Translations under genes and position numbers: made by a program | Notes under the pieces: generated by a model | Database searches by the model: none | Told to the model about the DNA's origin: nothing | What the model saw: only the letters and a program-made list of their open reading frames with translations | From: Podarcis tiliguerta | Lineage: Eukaryota | NCBI GenBank assembly: GCA_965153285.1 | Contig: OZ229115.1 | Direction: 5' to 3' (one strand) | Length of the DNA: 64,000 bases | In this document: piece after piece, positions 23,077 to 36,778 of the stretch | Position numbering within the stretch: the stretch's first letter is position 1 | How the letters are laid out: every line of letters starts with the position of its first letter

Positions 23077-24983
23077 AAGCATGCATAAAATTGTAGCCTA
23101 ATCACTCAGTCAGCTGTACATTTCCCCTGCTTCTGAAATCTTTTCTAATCTAAATAATCCCCCCACAAAGATGCTATCAGTCTCATGGAGGAAATAAAAT
23201 AGGTACCTGAACTAGATGGCCCACCGGCCTGACTCAGTGTGTGGCAGCATCATATATTTTATTCGGTTGCTCTTTTTTTGGTGAGCCTATCTCACCTGAA
23301 TCCTGATTAACCTACCCTTTGCCTGTTTGTTCCAGATTTCTTCTGGTCTACCTAAACACTCTTACTGTGTTCCAGTCTGATTGTCCTTCTTTATTCAGGT
23401 GAATTCCTGATTTACACAGCTGGCCTGGAGAAGAGTCCTGTTAGAATCTTGAATGTAAAGGTTAATGAAGTAGTTTCTACCCATTCCCTCTCAAGATGTT
23501 CACACTTCTGCTGTTGCACACCTTAATATTTAAACCTTGGATTTTCAGATCATGCTTAGGAGAATCCTTGAGCTTCCTTTGAGGTTAATCTGGTTTCCTT
23601 GGTGAAAAAATATGGCAGTGGTGAACAAGCTTCCTAGAATAGATATTTCCCTGCAACAAAGAGCCACAGGGAAGTGTTGAGTGTGTTTAGGGTACAGTGC
23701 ATGGGGCAATGGTAAGGTAAACTAGTGCATTGTGTTAGCTGAGCTTATTCTAGAACATGCCCCAGAATCACTTGGAATGCAGGGAGCTTCATGGTGGATG
23801 TTCAGGGCTTGTTTGACAGATGAGTTGCTGTGGAAATGGTACCTTGAAGGTCAAAGGTTTGGAAACCACTACCTTATAAACCACCAGTTTTAGATCAGCC
23901 TAAGGTGGAAATGTTTCCTTTGCTAGGGACAGAAATTCTCATACACTTCATCAAAGCCAGGATTTGTGTTTAATCGAATCCATTTCAATAGAATGAGAAG
24001 CCTATTCACATGGCAATCCAGCACATGTTGGCTGCTTGCCCACGGGCAGCTGGTCAAGTGCACCTGCCAGCCACATGCAGGATTCATCTTTCAACGCACA
24101 TTGGTAGATACTGGGGAAATGGCATTTTCAGTGGTATGCCAAAAGCTGATTCTGGTGTGAGGCAGCAGATGCACACAACTCAGGGAGCTTGTAAGTACAA
24201 GAATTTTGGGTGTTTTTCTTGCACCTACTATGCACTCATGCCAGGCATGAGATGGATTTTAAAAAGATAAGGTAAAAAATACTTTATTGCAGAGCAAGTC
24301 TTAGTCATTATGGGATGTCCTGCCATAATAATCCCACCTTCATGCCTCATTCTCCACTGCATCTATACCGTGTTACAGTGTAATGTGTAAACTTAAGTAA
24401 TAGAATTTCCCAGCTGCTTCAGAGGAACTCCAGGTAGAGAAACTCTATTTCTCTGGAAGCTGGGTAGAGAAACCCCATTTCTCTGGAGAGTTCTAAGAGT
24501 TGGGAGCCAATGATACTTTCCGCAAAATTTTCAGCCGCTGTAGCGGCTGCAGGAAAACCTCAGGGACTGGGGAAAGGGGGCTTTGAAAAACAACTCCACT
24601 CCACAGACCACCCTTCAATGCCACAGCTTTTGATAGAAACAGAACAAGGAGCCATACAATATCATTTCGTAGATTAGACAGTGTGTGGTATGCTGGGTCT
24701 ATCATTGTGAGGGTAATATGAGACACCTGCAAATCTGATTTTATTATTGTGAATGGCTTTGAAAATGATGGCTATCAAAGGTATATAAATATTCTAAAAA
24801 GAAATGCAAACATATACGTCAAAGCATATTTGCAGACTATTCCCATTTTTGCAGAAGCAGAAGCTCACAGCAAAGTCCAGTAAACACTCCCTCCCACCTG
24901 AGAGGGATGGACAGATGGTGATGTGATACTGAAATATGCAAATAAAAGAAATAGGCTCTAGATATGTTTGCATTATTCACAGG

Positions 24984-25170
24984 ATGGCTGGCAGTCAGGA
25001 GAGCAATGCATCCCTCTTCAGTGATCAGACCCCATCCCAGGAAAGTTCTCAAGCAAAAAGATCCCAGAATTATGAAGAGGAGACATTTTATAAGAACTGC
25101 AGAGCAGCCTATTTAGCTGTCTTCAAAAGCAGCTTAGAAAACATTAAATCAAAAGAACAACTGTGTTTGG
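24984..25170 (+). CDS. EFCAB7: EFCAB7 coding exon 1 (MAGSQESNAS...EEETFYKNCRAAYLAVFKSSLENIKSKEQLCL)
   Basis: cag|G ATG; FYxNCRAAYLxVFKSSLENI matches recalled EFCAB7; GTGAGT donor; 187 nt. Confidence 0.95.
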
Positions 25171-25879
25171 GTGAGTGTATTTTTTTAAGTTGTTATCAGT
25201 TTGGGAGAAATCTTGAATTCCAGCAGTGGATAATATATTTGAGTCCTTATAGTATCTTGCACATGTTAACTGTTTTAATGGATCTAAGAACCTTGATACG
25301 ATTCATGTGCCATATTTCTCTATAATCAAAGCACTGTTGGGTGGACACTCACTGAAGTGCTTCAGGGAGAACCCCAGGTGTCCTGCCCTTGCTGCACACT
25401 AGGGGGACACGGTAGGGGGGCCCAAGGAAAGAAAATCAGGCCAAGCATCTTACTGTGTTCAAAACAGTATCTGTACCTAACTCTCTTCTCCCTAGGAAAG
25501 GTGAGGAGAAGTAAGTTTATTTCCACTGAGTGGCAAAAATAATAGCCACTTTGCATATTGTTTTTGATGGATACACAGAAAGGACACAACCCTACTCATT
25601 CTGCATGCGTAGATTAATAGCTATGCTATATAAATCAGTATAATTTTATTGTTCATGGGAAAAGTTGCAAATTAATTTTAAACCAAGGCATCAGTTTCTT
25701 TTTTTAAAAAATCATTCCAGCATGATATATAATAATAGACTTGTAGAGTTGGAAGGGCCCATGGGGGTCGTCTCGTCCAGCCCCCTTCAATGCAGGAATC
25801 GTTTGCTCAGTGTGGGGCTCGAAAAGTTTTCAAATTTCTGCAGAAAGTTTATAATCATAGAGACAGGCACACCTTACTA

Positions 25880-26735
25880 GTCAGGGCATTCCACAACTGA
25901 GGGACCACCAATGAAAAGGCCCTGCAACAGCTCAGTGCCAACCAGGTAGTTCCCAGTGGTGGCACCAACAGCAATGCCTCGCTTGCCAATCATAGTCTGA
26001 TATGGTTGGTATTAGGGAAGATGCTCTTTTCAGTACTTGGGTCTGAAGCCATTTAGCGCTTTATATGGTAGTACTAATGCCTTGAATTGAGCCCAGTAAC
26101 TACCTAGTAGTCAGTGCAGTCCTTTCAGGACTGGGGTCCCATTGGACCGCCCCATTTATCTACCTAGCCGCCACATTCTGTGCTAGATGCAGCTTCTGGA
26201 CCATCTTCAAGGACAGCCACACATAGAGCACATTACAGTGGTCCCAGCAGGAGGTCACTATAGCATGGACAACAGACCAAGTTGTCCCAGTCCAGGAGCA
26301 GCTATAGCTGATGAACCAGCCTAATCTGGGCATAAGCACTCCTAGACGCAGAAGCTATTTGAGACTCCATTAACAAGTTGGAATCCAGTGATAAGTTGGA
26401 ATACTCCTAAACTGCAAACCTCATATTCAAGGGTAGCAAAACGCTGCTCAGCACAGGATGTACACTTAATGACCAGACATGGGAACTACCCATCTACAGC
26501 ACTTCTATCCTATGAGGATTCAACCTCAGTTTTTTTGGCCCCCATCCAGTTCATCACTACCTCCAGATACCCGTCCAACACTTTTGCAGCCTTTCCTGAT
26601 TCTGATGGAATGGAGAAATAAAGCCACGTGTCATCAGCATACTTATGACACCATGTTCCAAATTCCCAGATGACAGCTCCCAATGGTTTCATATAGAAAC
26701 TAAATGACATAGGAGACAGAATGGACAGTAAAGAC
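25880..26735 (-). mobile_element. L2-type LINE RT fragment (degraded)
   Basis: ORF 26510-26749 contains CHKYADDTWLYFS (RT YADD motif); further L2-like coding remnants toward 25880. Confidence 0.8.
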
Positions 26736-28484
26736 ATGGTTGTGTACACAAATTCACCTGTGGAACAGATTATTGGTGGTGCATTGGAATGTTACATAGA
26801 CAGTAGCATAAGTTTAAAAGAGAACAACAGTATAAAAAATTTGATAAACACTGCATCCTGTTGTAATGTCTTTTCTTCGCAGTTGATGCTATTAATTAGT
26901 TATATATTGGCATCAATATACATCAAAGGATCAATGTCCTTTACATCCCACCTTCTACATTTTTACACAATACTCTGATGGTTTCAGAGTCAAAGTTCTT
27001 ATACATTAGCCTTACGTGGTGTGACTCTAATATCAGGCTAGTAGAATCAGTTTGTAAATCTGTGTTAGCATCATATAAACTGGATTTTAAATATGAATGG
27101 TGTGAACAAATGCTCACTTGCTCTTTTTATGCTATTTCTTTCATCTCTGTCCATATGTCACTTGGGAACAGGGCATGTGTTTGGCCATGTGCACTTCAAG
27201 GTCAGTTTAGGAAAGACAACGGAGAGTTCAAGCTTTCCATATTCTTAACGAGATGTCTGGATCTTTAGAAAAAACAAACAAACATGTTTTAGCCCATTAC
27301 AGATTTGTGTCGAGGCTTAGAGTTCAGTTCTAGCTAGGAATAAAATCACCGGAATGGCATTGGTTATATGGTGTTTGATTAATAACACAGATTCTGCTTT
27401 GTAATCTACAACCTGGTTCTTCAAACTCTTGTTTATGTGAGTTGTACTTATTTTATGAAATGTAATGTAATGTCCTGAGCTAAAATGTCTCTGTAGACAC
27501 TTATCAGAGTCCAAGTCTTTTTATCAGGTACATTTAAAGAGTACAAGAAAAGAACTTCTTATAAAAATAGTCTGAGGAGACTAGTTAGCAGTTCACAGAA
27601 AGTACTGAGTTCCCAGTAAGTATAAATAATATACCAACCAGCAGAATTTCACAATATCTTTCAACAATATCTTTCAAGAGAGTTGGAGTTTTAAAGTGTT
27701 TTTTTTTAAAAAATATATTGAAAAAATGAATATCATCTTGAAGAGGGATGGCAAATTGCCTCCCAAGAAGCTAAACCCACCCACATAGCAAAATGTACCT
27801 TGCAGGCAATTACCACAATTCAGCAACCCATGCAACTAGATTCAAATGCCCAACAGGCCTTTAGACTTCACTTTTAAAACAAAAGCCTTCCGGACAAACT
27901 ATTTTTGAATATAGGCAGAATTCAAAAGTAGTTTGTTACTTATCATTGGGCTTTGCTATTAAAAAGGAAAAGAAGCTGAAAGTTCTGTTAGGCAGTTTCA
28001 AGCTCTTAAGCATAATATCAGCAACAGCTGCAGAACATCCTTGGAGGCTGGATGCGCTGCCTCCTTGACAGCTGCGCCCCCCCATGATGCCTCTACAGCA
28101 GCCTTTTGGCAAATCGGAGGCACTACTTTGTCTCCTCCCACCCTTCTTTCCAATATATATACTTATTACCCTCTTGTTCCTGTTGTAGATCTTCATTCAT
28201 TCCTTTCCCCCCCTGCTAGTGGTCATTTTGTAGTTCACTCTCGGGTGCCAAAATGTCTTGGACCAGCCCTGGTAGTCACATTGTTCTTGCACCAGCACCT
28301 GCTGCATCAGGAAAGATTGCACAAATACTAGCTATTAAATACCTCCTGGAATTGCACTGGTGGGCCTTTAATGCACAGTGGGGTTACAGGAGTAGAAAAG
28401 AGTAATTTGCAGTAGTATCAACTTAGAGTGTTTTAAGAAAATGATATATACACAGTCTTGTCAGTGTCACTAAATGCTTTTTTG

Positions 28485-28507
28485 CTTCTTCTTCTTCTTC
28501 TTCTTCT
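28485..28507 (+). repeat. (TTC)n within the polypyrimidine tract of EFCAB7 coding exon 2
   Basis: Seen directly. Confidence 0.9.
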
Positions 28508-28532
28508 TTTTCTTTTTTGCTTTATTTTGCAG

Positions 28533-28744
28533 TACTTCAGCAAGCTGGAAGAAATCCATCTCAGAAGACAGTTAATAAATACTGGACGCTGCAAACCACC
28601 ACACTGAATTTTGATGATTTTTGCTTCATCTTAAAACAAGAAGAACCTGTTAGGAAAACAGAGCTGCTCAAAGCATTTGCAAAAATAGATGTAAATAATG
28701 AGGGCTGTATTTTACATAGTGAGCTGCATAAACTTCTTACAACT
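28533..28744 (+). CDS. EFCAB7: EFCAB7 coding exon 2 (VLQQAGRNPSQKTVNKYW...EF-hand DVNNEGCILHSE...LLTT)
   Basis: Long pyrimidine tract with AG, GTAAGT donor; 212 nt. Confidence 0.95.
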
Positions 28745-28923
28745 GTAAGTACCTCAAAGGGTAGTTAGGACTGATACTTTTAACAATTCAAATAAACCAC
28801 AGGGGGAATATGTTTAAGCTTTAATAAATCATTACTGTTAGTGGGGAGGCATAATAACTAAATATTGCAGCGTTTTTCCTTCATTGCTTTGCAAGTGAAG
28901 CTGACTTTTTTGTTTTGTTTTAG

Positions 28924-29010
28924 AGAGGTGAAAAAATGACCCCAGATGAAGTTAATGCAATCACCGAATTGGTGGAAGTGAACAGTGATGGAAAGTTTGA
29001 TTATTACAAG
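28924..29010 (+). CDS. EFCAB7: EFCAB7 coding exon 3 (RGEKMTPDEVNAITELVEVNSDGKFDYYK)
   Basis: tttag acceptor, GTATAG donor; 87 nt; calmodulin-like EF-hand. Confidence 0.95.
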
Positions 29011-30980
29011 GTATAGTGGATAAGACTACATAGGTTTGTATCTAAAGTTACTTGAACAGACATATGCTTTTGTATTGGGGATTTCCTGCCCTCTCCTTCC
29101 CACTACACCCTCAGGAAAGGTCTTCAATCTTGATGGTGCAGTCTTGACTGGGAGTCGGAATGGGTAAAAATTGGGGGAAAGCAGCTTATAAAAGTGGAGG
29201 TCCCCTGAGCCCTGACATGCTGTTCAGGGGGCTTAAACAAGAAAGAGGTGAGGCTGAATAAGTGAGAGTGATTTGGTTCTTAGACGCCTAATAGGATATT
29301 TCCATGGTGTCAAAGTTTTCTGGTCACCTTTTAGTAATCATTTCAAAGGAGGTTACAGCAGTTCAGAATGTGATACATAGGTGTTAGAGGATCTGCATGC
29401 TTTCAGAGAAAAGTATGTCAGGCACTAACAAATTGCAAGTTTTTAGTTGTGATATATTAGAACAGCTCTTCATGTTGCAGACATGAACAATAGAGCTCAG
29501 TGTGGTTGGCCTTTGACAAAGTAAAGGTATAGGTTTGCAACCTTGAAGTATGCTTATTAATATGGTAATGTAGCTAGTACTTATAAATATCTTATCACAC
29601 ACTGTGTCTTGGATGCAAAGTACTAGGAGTGGAGGGAGAAAATGTATTGGTGCTATTCAGTGTGCTGCTTGGCAAGGGAGTGTAAGACTTCTCACAGTGA
29701 GGCACCACAGTGCATCAGAGGTTGTGTTATAGTATGACAACCATGATAAATAAGGAAGATACATACTGTAGCATGGAAACTCTAGTTGGCTATAAGAATC
29801 TCTTGAGAACTTGTGCAAATGGAAGAGCTTCTCTGAATATGCAGTCAATTCTCTCATGTGACACTCTTTCAATTTGCTAGAAATGAAGAAGCTTTTTACT
29901 AATGGGAGAGTCACTGTCAGCATGAATGTATTAGAACAATAGAAATATAGAGTTGGAAGGGACCCCAAGGGTCATCTAGTCTAACTCCCTGCAATGCAAG
30001 GATCTTAGCTAGATCATACATGTATCTGTGAAATCCAAACTTGCACTGGCAGACTTGTGCTCATGCAGTAAGTCATCCCTCTCTCCTCCCCGCAACCTTC
30101 ACTCACATCCCAGATCTGCTCTGCAGGATCCCCCAGTCCTCCAAAGCAGATTTTGAGGACTGCGGGGGGAGGAGAGGCAGGTGATATCCCATTGTGTGAG
30201 CAGAATTCAGTTCTGCTTGCAAACATAAACCTTTGGACACAACCGTATATACAACTATATATTTATGGCAGACATCAAGCTTAATACTTAAAAATAGAAG
30301 GAGTGTAGAGAGTGTCAGAACAGGAGTAGTATCCCATCGAGCTATATTGACAATGTCTTTTTCTCGTAAGAGTTCACAGTGAATATAGAAGAACATCCAT
30401 TTTTTAACAAAGAAAAATAGAATAAGGAATGTATATGTGTAAAATAAGTGTTGATTAAAGGCTGTTCTTTCCAAATACTTTCACAAGAATGCAGTGCCAT
30501 CTATCACAATACTATCTTTCTGGCCGTAGCTAAAGCAATGTTCTTTTAAAAAATCCAACTGTTAATTTTATGTTATCTGGAGTTCGTTAATCTTGGAGTT
30601 TACCTTATCTGAAATGACTGTGTTGTTCATTAAAGTTTCCCATCTAGACTCATAGAAAAGAAAAGAAAACTCCTTCATTTAAAATTAGACATAAAAAGCC
30701 AGTCTGTCCACAAATATGTCTGGTAGACAATATAAATCTTATCTTGGGGTACCTTTCATTTTTATTTTCTCTCAGTGGTATGATCTCCTCATTGAATCAT
30801 GTCTCCATTTTATTGTGCCACTGGAGAGTGGTCAGTTCGATTCATGAAAGCAAGATGAGGATTGTACTAACAGAAGAAATATTTTTTATCTGTTGATCTA
30901 TTTCTTGCTTAGTAGTGCCTTTGTTTATTTTCCTTCTAAAATACTTAAGAGACCAAGGTGTGTGTGTGTTTTGTTTACAG

Positions 30981-31176
30981 TTTTGTAAATTGTATATGAC
31001 AACCAATGAGCAATGTCTGAAGAACGCACTAGAGAAACTGGAGGTTGACAGTAAACTGAAGCGTCAGCAGTTTGGAAGTCAACTGGAGACTTCATCAGAA
31101 GTGGCTACATCACTAATATCAAAAACAATACCAAAAACTGCAAGGAAAACAGAATCCAAACCAATGCTAAAAAGAG
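30981..31176 (+). CDS. EFCAB7: EFCAB7 coding exon 4 (FCKLYMTTNEQCLKNALEKLEVDSKL...PMLKR)
   Basis: ttacag acceptor, GTAATA donor; 196 nt. Confidence 0.95.
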
Positions 31177-32049
31177 GTAATAATTTTTCAAACAAGAAGG
31201 CTCTAGTTCATGGAGCGTCATTTCCCCTCTACATGACACCTTGGATATAGGTTTTTTCCTCTTTTTTTTGAAATGTGTGTTCATTTATTTCACTAAAAAT
31301 ATTTGCTTTATCAATGGTGGAAATGTCTCTCTGGTATTTCCAAAGCCCTAGGCTCAAAATAAGTTTTGCTACATCCCTCATTTCAGCATTTTTCTTTCTC
31401 TAGCATTAGCTGATTAATGTTTGAGTGAGCCCATTCCCACAGCATATCCCAATAGCACTCTTCTCCTGCTGTTGCAATGCCACAGAAGAAGCAAGCTACA
31501 GTTTGGCTTTCATGTCTTCTGAACCTTACTTGCAGTTTGTTTTTTTCCAAATAAGCTAAGAACAAACCTTGGACCAGAGATCTTCCATATGTTGTGTTTT
31601 GTCAAATGAACTTTTCCTGCATTATGAGTGGCTGGTTCACTGAAAGCTGGCAGAATGTCCACTCTATTTAATAAAAGGGCGGTTTACAATTTAAATTTGG
31701 CCTTACCCTGATAAGATTTAGCACAGTATTATATGACACCAACTTTGTGATATGGGTTATTTAATGTTTGAATTAATAGATTTGATAGATTCTCTAATCT
31801 TTTAGTGCAAATATCACTTGGCAGCTGCTGGGTTGGAGATTCATTACCAGTAGACTTGGCAGGTTCAGTGCAAATCAAAGCAGATACCAAATTTTTCCAG
31901 TACATATACTGGCCCAGCAAAACACAAATCAGTTTACCAGACCAGATTAACTACTATAAGGTATATTTATCATTCTGTATCTATTTTCTCACTTGATGAA
32001 TGTAAATATTCATAAATAAGGTGCTATAAATAAAACTCTGCAATTGTAG

Positions 32050-32174
32050 GTCACTGCAAGACTTCTTCACAATGTTCCTCAGCTCCAAGTTGCAAAGCAT
32101 CTGTTTCTTCCACTATCAGTATGGGTGCCAGCAGCAACAAACATTCGAAGCTCATTGAGGCAAATGCTGCAAAG
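32050..32174 (+). CDS. EFCAB7: EFCAB7 coding exon 5 (GHCKTSSQCSSAPSCKASVSSTISMGASSNKHSKLIEANAAK)
   Basis: AG acceptor, GTAGAC donor; 125 nt; KxSVSxTxxMGA...SKL motif; phases fit. Confidence 0.9.
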
Positions 32175-35100
32175 GTAGACTTCGTTAATTTAGTTTGACT
32201 CTTGCTCCCCCTCACCAGGTATAGACATTGCATTTTAAATAGAAAGCAATTTTTCTCTCTTTTATAGCTTATGTTTTATTAACTGCTTGTCAAGGGCAGC
32301 AACACAGCGCACAGAGATTTCTGGTTGCAAAACACTATAAACATTTTTATATAATGTTGGTTTTGCTGACATCCCGTTATTTAGGATCATTTTTCAGGTG
32401 TGAAGGTTTGCTAGAACAAAACATGTTTTTCTATAAAGGAAAGCACTCTTGGATAAAATTGTTAATGACTGTTTGAGAAATGCAAAATTGAATAATTTAT
32501 TAGTACTTTAAATGCTTAAGTAGCCTGAAAGATTATATATCACAACCCTCTATAGGCAAGGTAATTGGAAATAAATATCTTCAAACGTACCCAGATCAGA
32601 AGACATTAATTGGTAAATATACACTGTAGCCTGAAAATATTGACTGTTATTTAGACTAATAAGTTTTACAAGTAATTTCTTTTAAATAAGTCATTCATTC
32701 AATAACCATTCCTAAGGGAGAAAGACAACAAAGTCACTTTGCTAAGTCAATATTTGTAGAGTGTTAATATTGATCTTTTCCCTTTGTTTTCCCTTTCCTG
32801 ATTCAACCTTTACTAGTTTTCTTTCAGCAGAAAATAATAGCTAGAGAAATATAAAACATTAACTGGAAACTTCTAAGATACATTAAAAATGTGCACCTTG
32901 AGACCTCTGTGTAAGGGAGAACGAATGGTTATGACCACATAATATAACTGCAGCTAGAAGACTGAACTGATTGTTCTCTTGAGTTACATTTTTGTTTCAA
33001 ATAACAACTCTGTATTTGTTATTGAACTCTGAAGTCCTTTATATCTTTAACATTGCTAGACAGTGACATTTGTTCTATATTAAAATTTAAAAGCATCCTC
33101 TCCAAGGATTTTTTTCTGTGTGTTTAGGTATCCAAACCCCTATGCAATTTAGCCTGTAATTCCAGTATGTTCAAAGATGATATGTTGTTGGTTATAAAAA
33201 CACATACAGTAGTTTTCTACTAGTTGTAATTGGTTCAGTTTCAACAACCTATTAGATGGTAATGAAAACTAGCTTTCTAAGCTGTTAGCGAATGATCGGT
33301 TTGGTCATCACAAGAGCGATCCACCCCCTGCTTAAATAGTGAAGTTCCCAAAGATTAGTGTTTTGAGTAGGTTTCTGTTAAATTTTTGCTAATAAAAGTT
33401 CGTTGTTGTTCTTTTGACTTGCACCCCATTGTGTATCTCTTAATAGTATTCTGCTGATAGTTATTTGTGCATGAGGTGTTTTTGCAGGTGGAACAGGAGT
33501 ATTCCGAAACAAGGTTTGGTTTCCTAACAGGTGGGCACTGCTAGAAAGGACAGGATCAGCTGAGGGGTGTCTGGATATTTTCCAGTATTTTTCTGAGCAC
33601 TACAATTCCCTCAAACCATTAGGTACCACTTCCACTTCAACTGTTTTCCCACTACATGTAATATACAAAGAAGGAAAGCAGACTCCTGCTGCACATGGGG
33701 AACTGTGTGGTCCCCAGGTTCAAATAGGGGATATATGTGAATTTCCTTTCCCATCACAAGGTGTAGCAGAAAGCTGAAACCCAAATAATACTTGGATGTC
33801 TACTTTACACTGGTTATTGCAGCATGCACAGGTTATGTGGCAAATCAAAAAACTCAGGAATATATGATAAATTTCCAAGCCATTGCAATTTCTAATTGCC
33901 GACATCCCTGACAATCGGGAAAGCTTGATAAATTATGAGGAACATTCATCTATATGCTTATAACCCCACTCTGCCTCCAGTCTACCACATAAGAATAACA
34001 GCAAAGCATTCGTAGTAGAGCCCTTCCAGTTATGCTATATAAAGTTGAGCAGTGTATGTGATAAATTGCAAAAATATCCATCTTAGTCAACTGTCCTGTA
34101 CTGAAGATAGGCAACTCCATAATAATATGATATAAAAGAGCAATAGAACCTGTGATCCCCTTATACTGTAAGTGTTCTAGTGAATGTAGAAATAGGTTGT
34201 TATGAAATAAATGTAGAAGAATATGTAAAAAAGCAAAATCCATCTGAAATATTTTAAACCAGAAAACTTGGTGAATTCCATGCCAGAATTAATTGCAAAC
34301 AGCAGTAGATGCCATCATTTATGATTTGTCACTTGACTTGGGTTAATTTTTCTCTTGGATTTAGGCATAGACAAGTATACTTTTTCCAGTATAACCATTC
34401 CTATGATTTAAATCTGCAGCGTCAAATAGCAGGGCATGTAGAAAAAGTTATTCTATGCTTAAACAAACACAGTGGCATCATGCAGCTTTATCCCATATAT
34501 GGTATCAAGTCCTACTCCAAAGTAACTGTAAGTAGGCTTGTAGCCACAAGCCTTGTTCAATTCATTGGACCATATATGGGGAATTTTAGGTAAAATGAAT
34601 GGCAGTTTCTCTGATTTGATTGTGCCCAAAGCTAAAAAGCCATGGCCATTTCACCATTTAATCTTAGTTTTCAGAGTGTGGATGTTCCTTATTATTCAAC
34701 ATTTTGTTCTTTCCCATGTCACACTCTGCACTGCAAATTGAAATGAGCCATACAATGTGCAAATATCAGTTTGAAGAACGCTATATTATATTGGTTTACA
34801 AGTAGATACAGGGTCTGTAGCACCACCTTATGCTCTTCTGAAGCATAACAGGCTAGAGTTAGAGTTTTTTTCTGAGTTTTTCAATCCTTTCCACAACATA
34901 GACAGTGTTTTCTGCAGAATTATTGCAGCTGAATTTTTCTGTTATTTGAGACATACAAATCCACTCCAGCATTTAAATATTAGGAGCCAATATAGTGCAG
35001 TCTTAACAAGAGTGAATAGTGAGATGTCCCTGATTGAAACATTGTCTTAGCTAAGAATTTACAAGGTTGCCCTAGCAAGTTACTGTTTTCTCATCCTCTG

Positions 35101-35489
35101 CAACAACCCCGTCTGTATAAAACTGGAAACCTTAAAGCGTTGTTATAGGGATGACTGAGATGATGTACACAGCATACTCTCAACACTCCAAGTGCCATAT
35201 AATTTATAAGTGTTATTATTGCTGCTGTTAGCAGTACTGTTCTAAGTTGTATCAGAAGATACGTTGTTGTCGCAAGCAAATTTCTGAAGGGGAATGTTCC
35301 AGTTTCCAATTATCCAAAGAATTATGCAGTAAATAAGGTTTGGAAAATAAACCTTCAAAAGATCGGACACTAACCTTTTAAGACTTAAAGAACCGCTTGG
35401 CCAACAGATGGTAGGAGTGACTAGCAAAGTCACTGCCTTACAAGGAATTAAGTAACTTCTTTTATATTAATTATTTGATTTGTCTCTAG

Positions 35490-35631
35490 GAATGGCAACA
35501 GGCACAGTCCAAAGGATGCTTCTTCTTAGAGGAAAATGGAGAGATAATTAGTCATAAATATAAGTTGTTTTTATCTCAGAGATCTACAGTATGCATTACC
35601 ATTAATCCTGTGAACCTCCGCCAAATGGAAG
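35490..35631 (+). CDS. EFCAB7: EFCAB7 coding exon 6 (EWQQAQSKGCFFLEENGEIISHKY...RQME)
   Basis: ctctag acceptor, GTAGGA donor; 142 nt. Confidence 0.95.
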
Positions 35632-36063
35632 GTAGGAATACCTTTTAAAAAAAACAACTAGGGGTTGAAAACTGGGAGATGTTCCTGTAATAGAACTGCA
35701 CAAGGGATCAATGGAGCAGCCCAAGATAAAATGTAACCATTGCAGGGTTGCAAATTCTTAGTTCTAGCATTTTTTAAAAAAAAAACAACACCAAAAACAT
35801 AAATGTTAATATTTGCGGCATATGTTGCTGTTGTTAACAGCAACAGCAGCAGCTTTCTGGTCTTTGACCACAGTAAAGATTGATTGATTGTATGCTGCAA
35901 ACATGCATTCAATCACAAACATGCATGACAACTGTTTTCACTGCATGTGAGACTTTACAATGATAATGGGCAAAACACAATGGATTCTTTTGGTACCACT
36001 GTACATCACTCAGTTAATGACAGATCTTTGACTATTAGTACAATTTTTCTTGCTTTTTGATAG

Positions 36064-36173
36064 GAAAACCCTCTCCTTGGTTAGTGGTGGACACAGCTTT
36101 GTACATACTCAAAGAAAATGAAACTGAAGAAAACATACAGCTTGTCGGCTTCACTGAGCTACGAAATAAAGAG
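36064..36173 (+). CDS. EFCAB7: EFCAB7 coding exon 7 (GKPSPWLVVDTALYILKENETEENIQLVGFTELRNKE)
   Basis: atag acceptor; weak GTCATA donor; 110 nt. Confidence 0.93.
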
Positions 36174-36750
36174 GTCATAGACATTTTTAAGTTACCTTTA
36201 CTGACTTTATATATGCAGCATATTAATAATGAAGATATCTATAAATGGCTGGTACTTTGTGCTTTGCCATTGAGAAAATAGCTAAATTATCAATGAAGTA
36301 GTCAAGGAAACGTAATATTATTCCTAACAGAATTAATACACTGTTAATTATATACTTTCCAAATATTTCCCCTGTGAACAGACGATAAAAGCCAAAATCT
36401 GAAGAATCCCTTTAAAAAGTTACTTATGTTGGTTAGGCCTGAGACTGTTGATTTCCTTCACAACACATAAATGTGGACTTGAATAAGCAACAGAACTCTT
36501 TCATTTTAATTTCCAAACTGTCCTCAAGCGAGTGTAGTAGAAATACTAAGATAAATCAATACTTACTACTTTTATTTCCTCCTATACCAGATATGAGTCA
36601 ATCCAAATGGATGGATTCTCTCTTATGGCTCTTACTTTATTATTTCTGGTTCCTTTTTTAATCTATGTGATCTACATGTGGAAAAGGGCTACAAGATATG
36701 AACTCTCTTAAACCAAGTATAAATAGGAGTCCCAGGCCTTCTATGTCCAA

Positions 36751-36778
36751 TTTATTTATTTATTTATTTATTTATTTA
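36751..36778 (+). repeat. (TTTA)n microsatellite
   Basis: Seen directly. Confidence 0.95.

Noticed and set aside
33488-33530. Possible cassette exon in an EFCAB7 intron (tttgcag|GTGGAACAGG...)
   Set aside because: Weak donors and frame-shifting lengths; exons 5 and 6 already join in frame.
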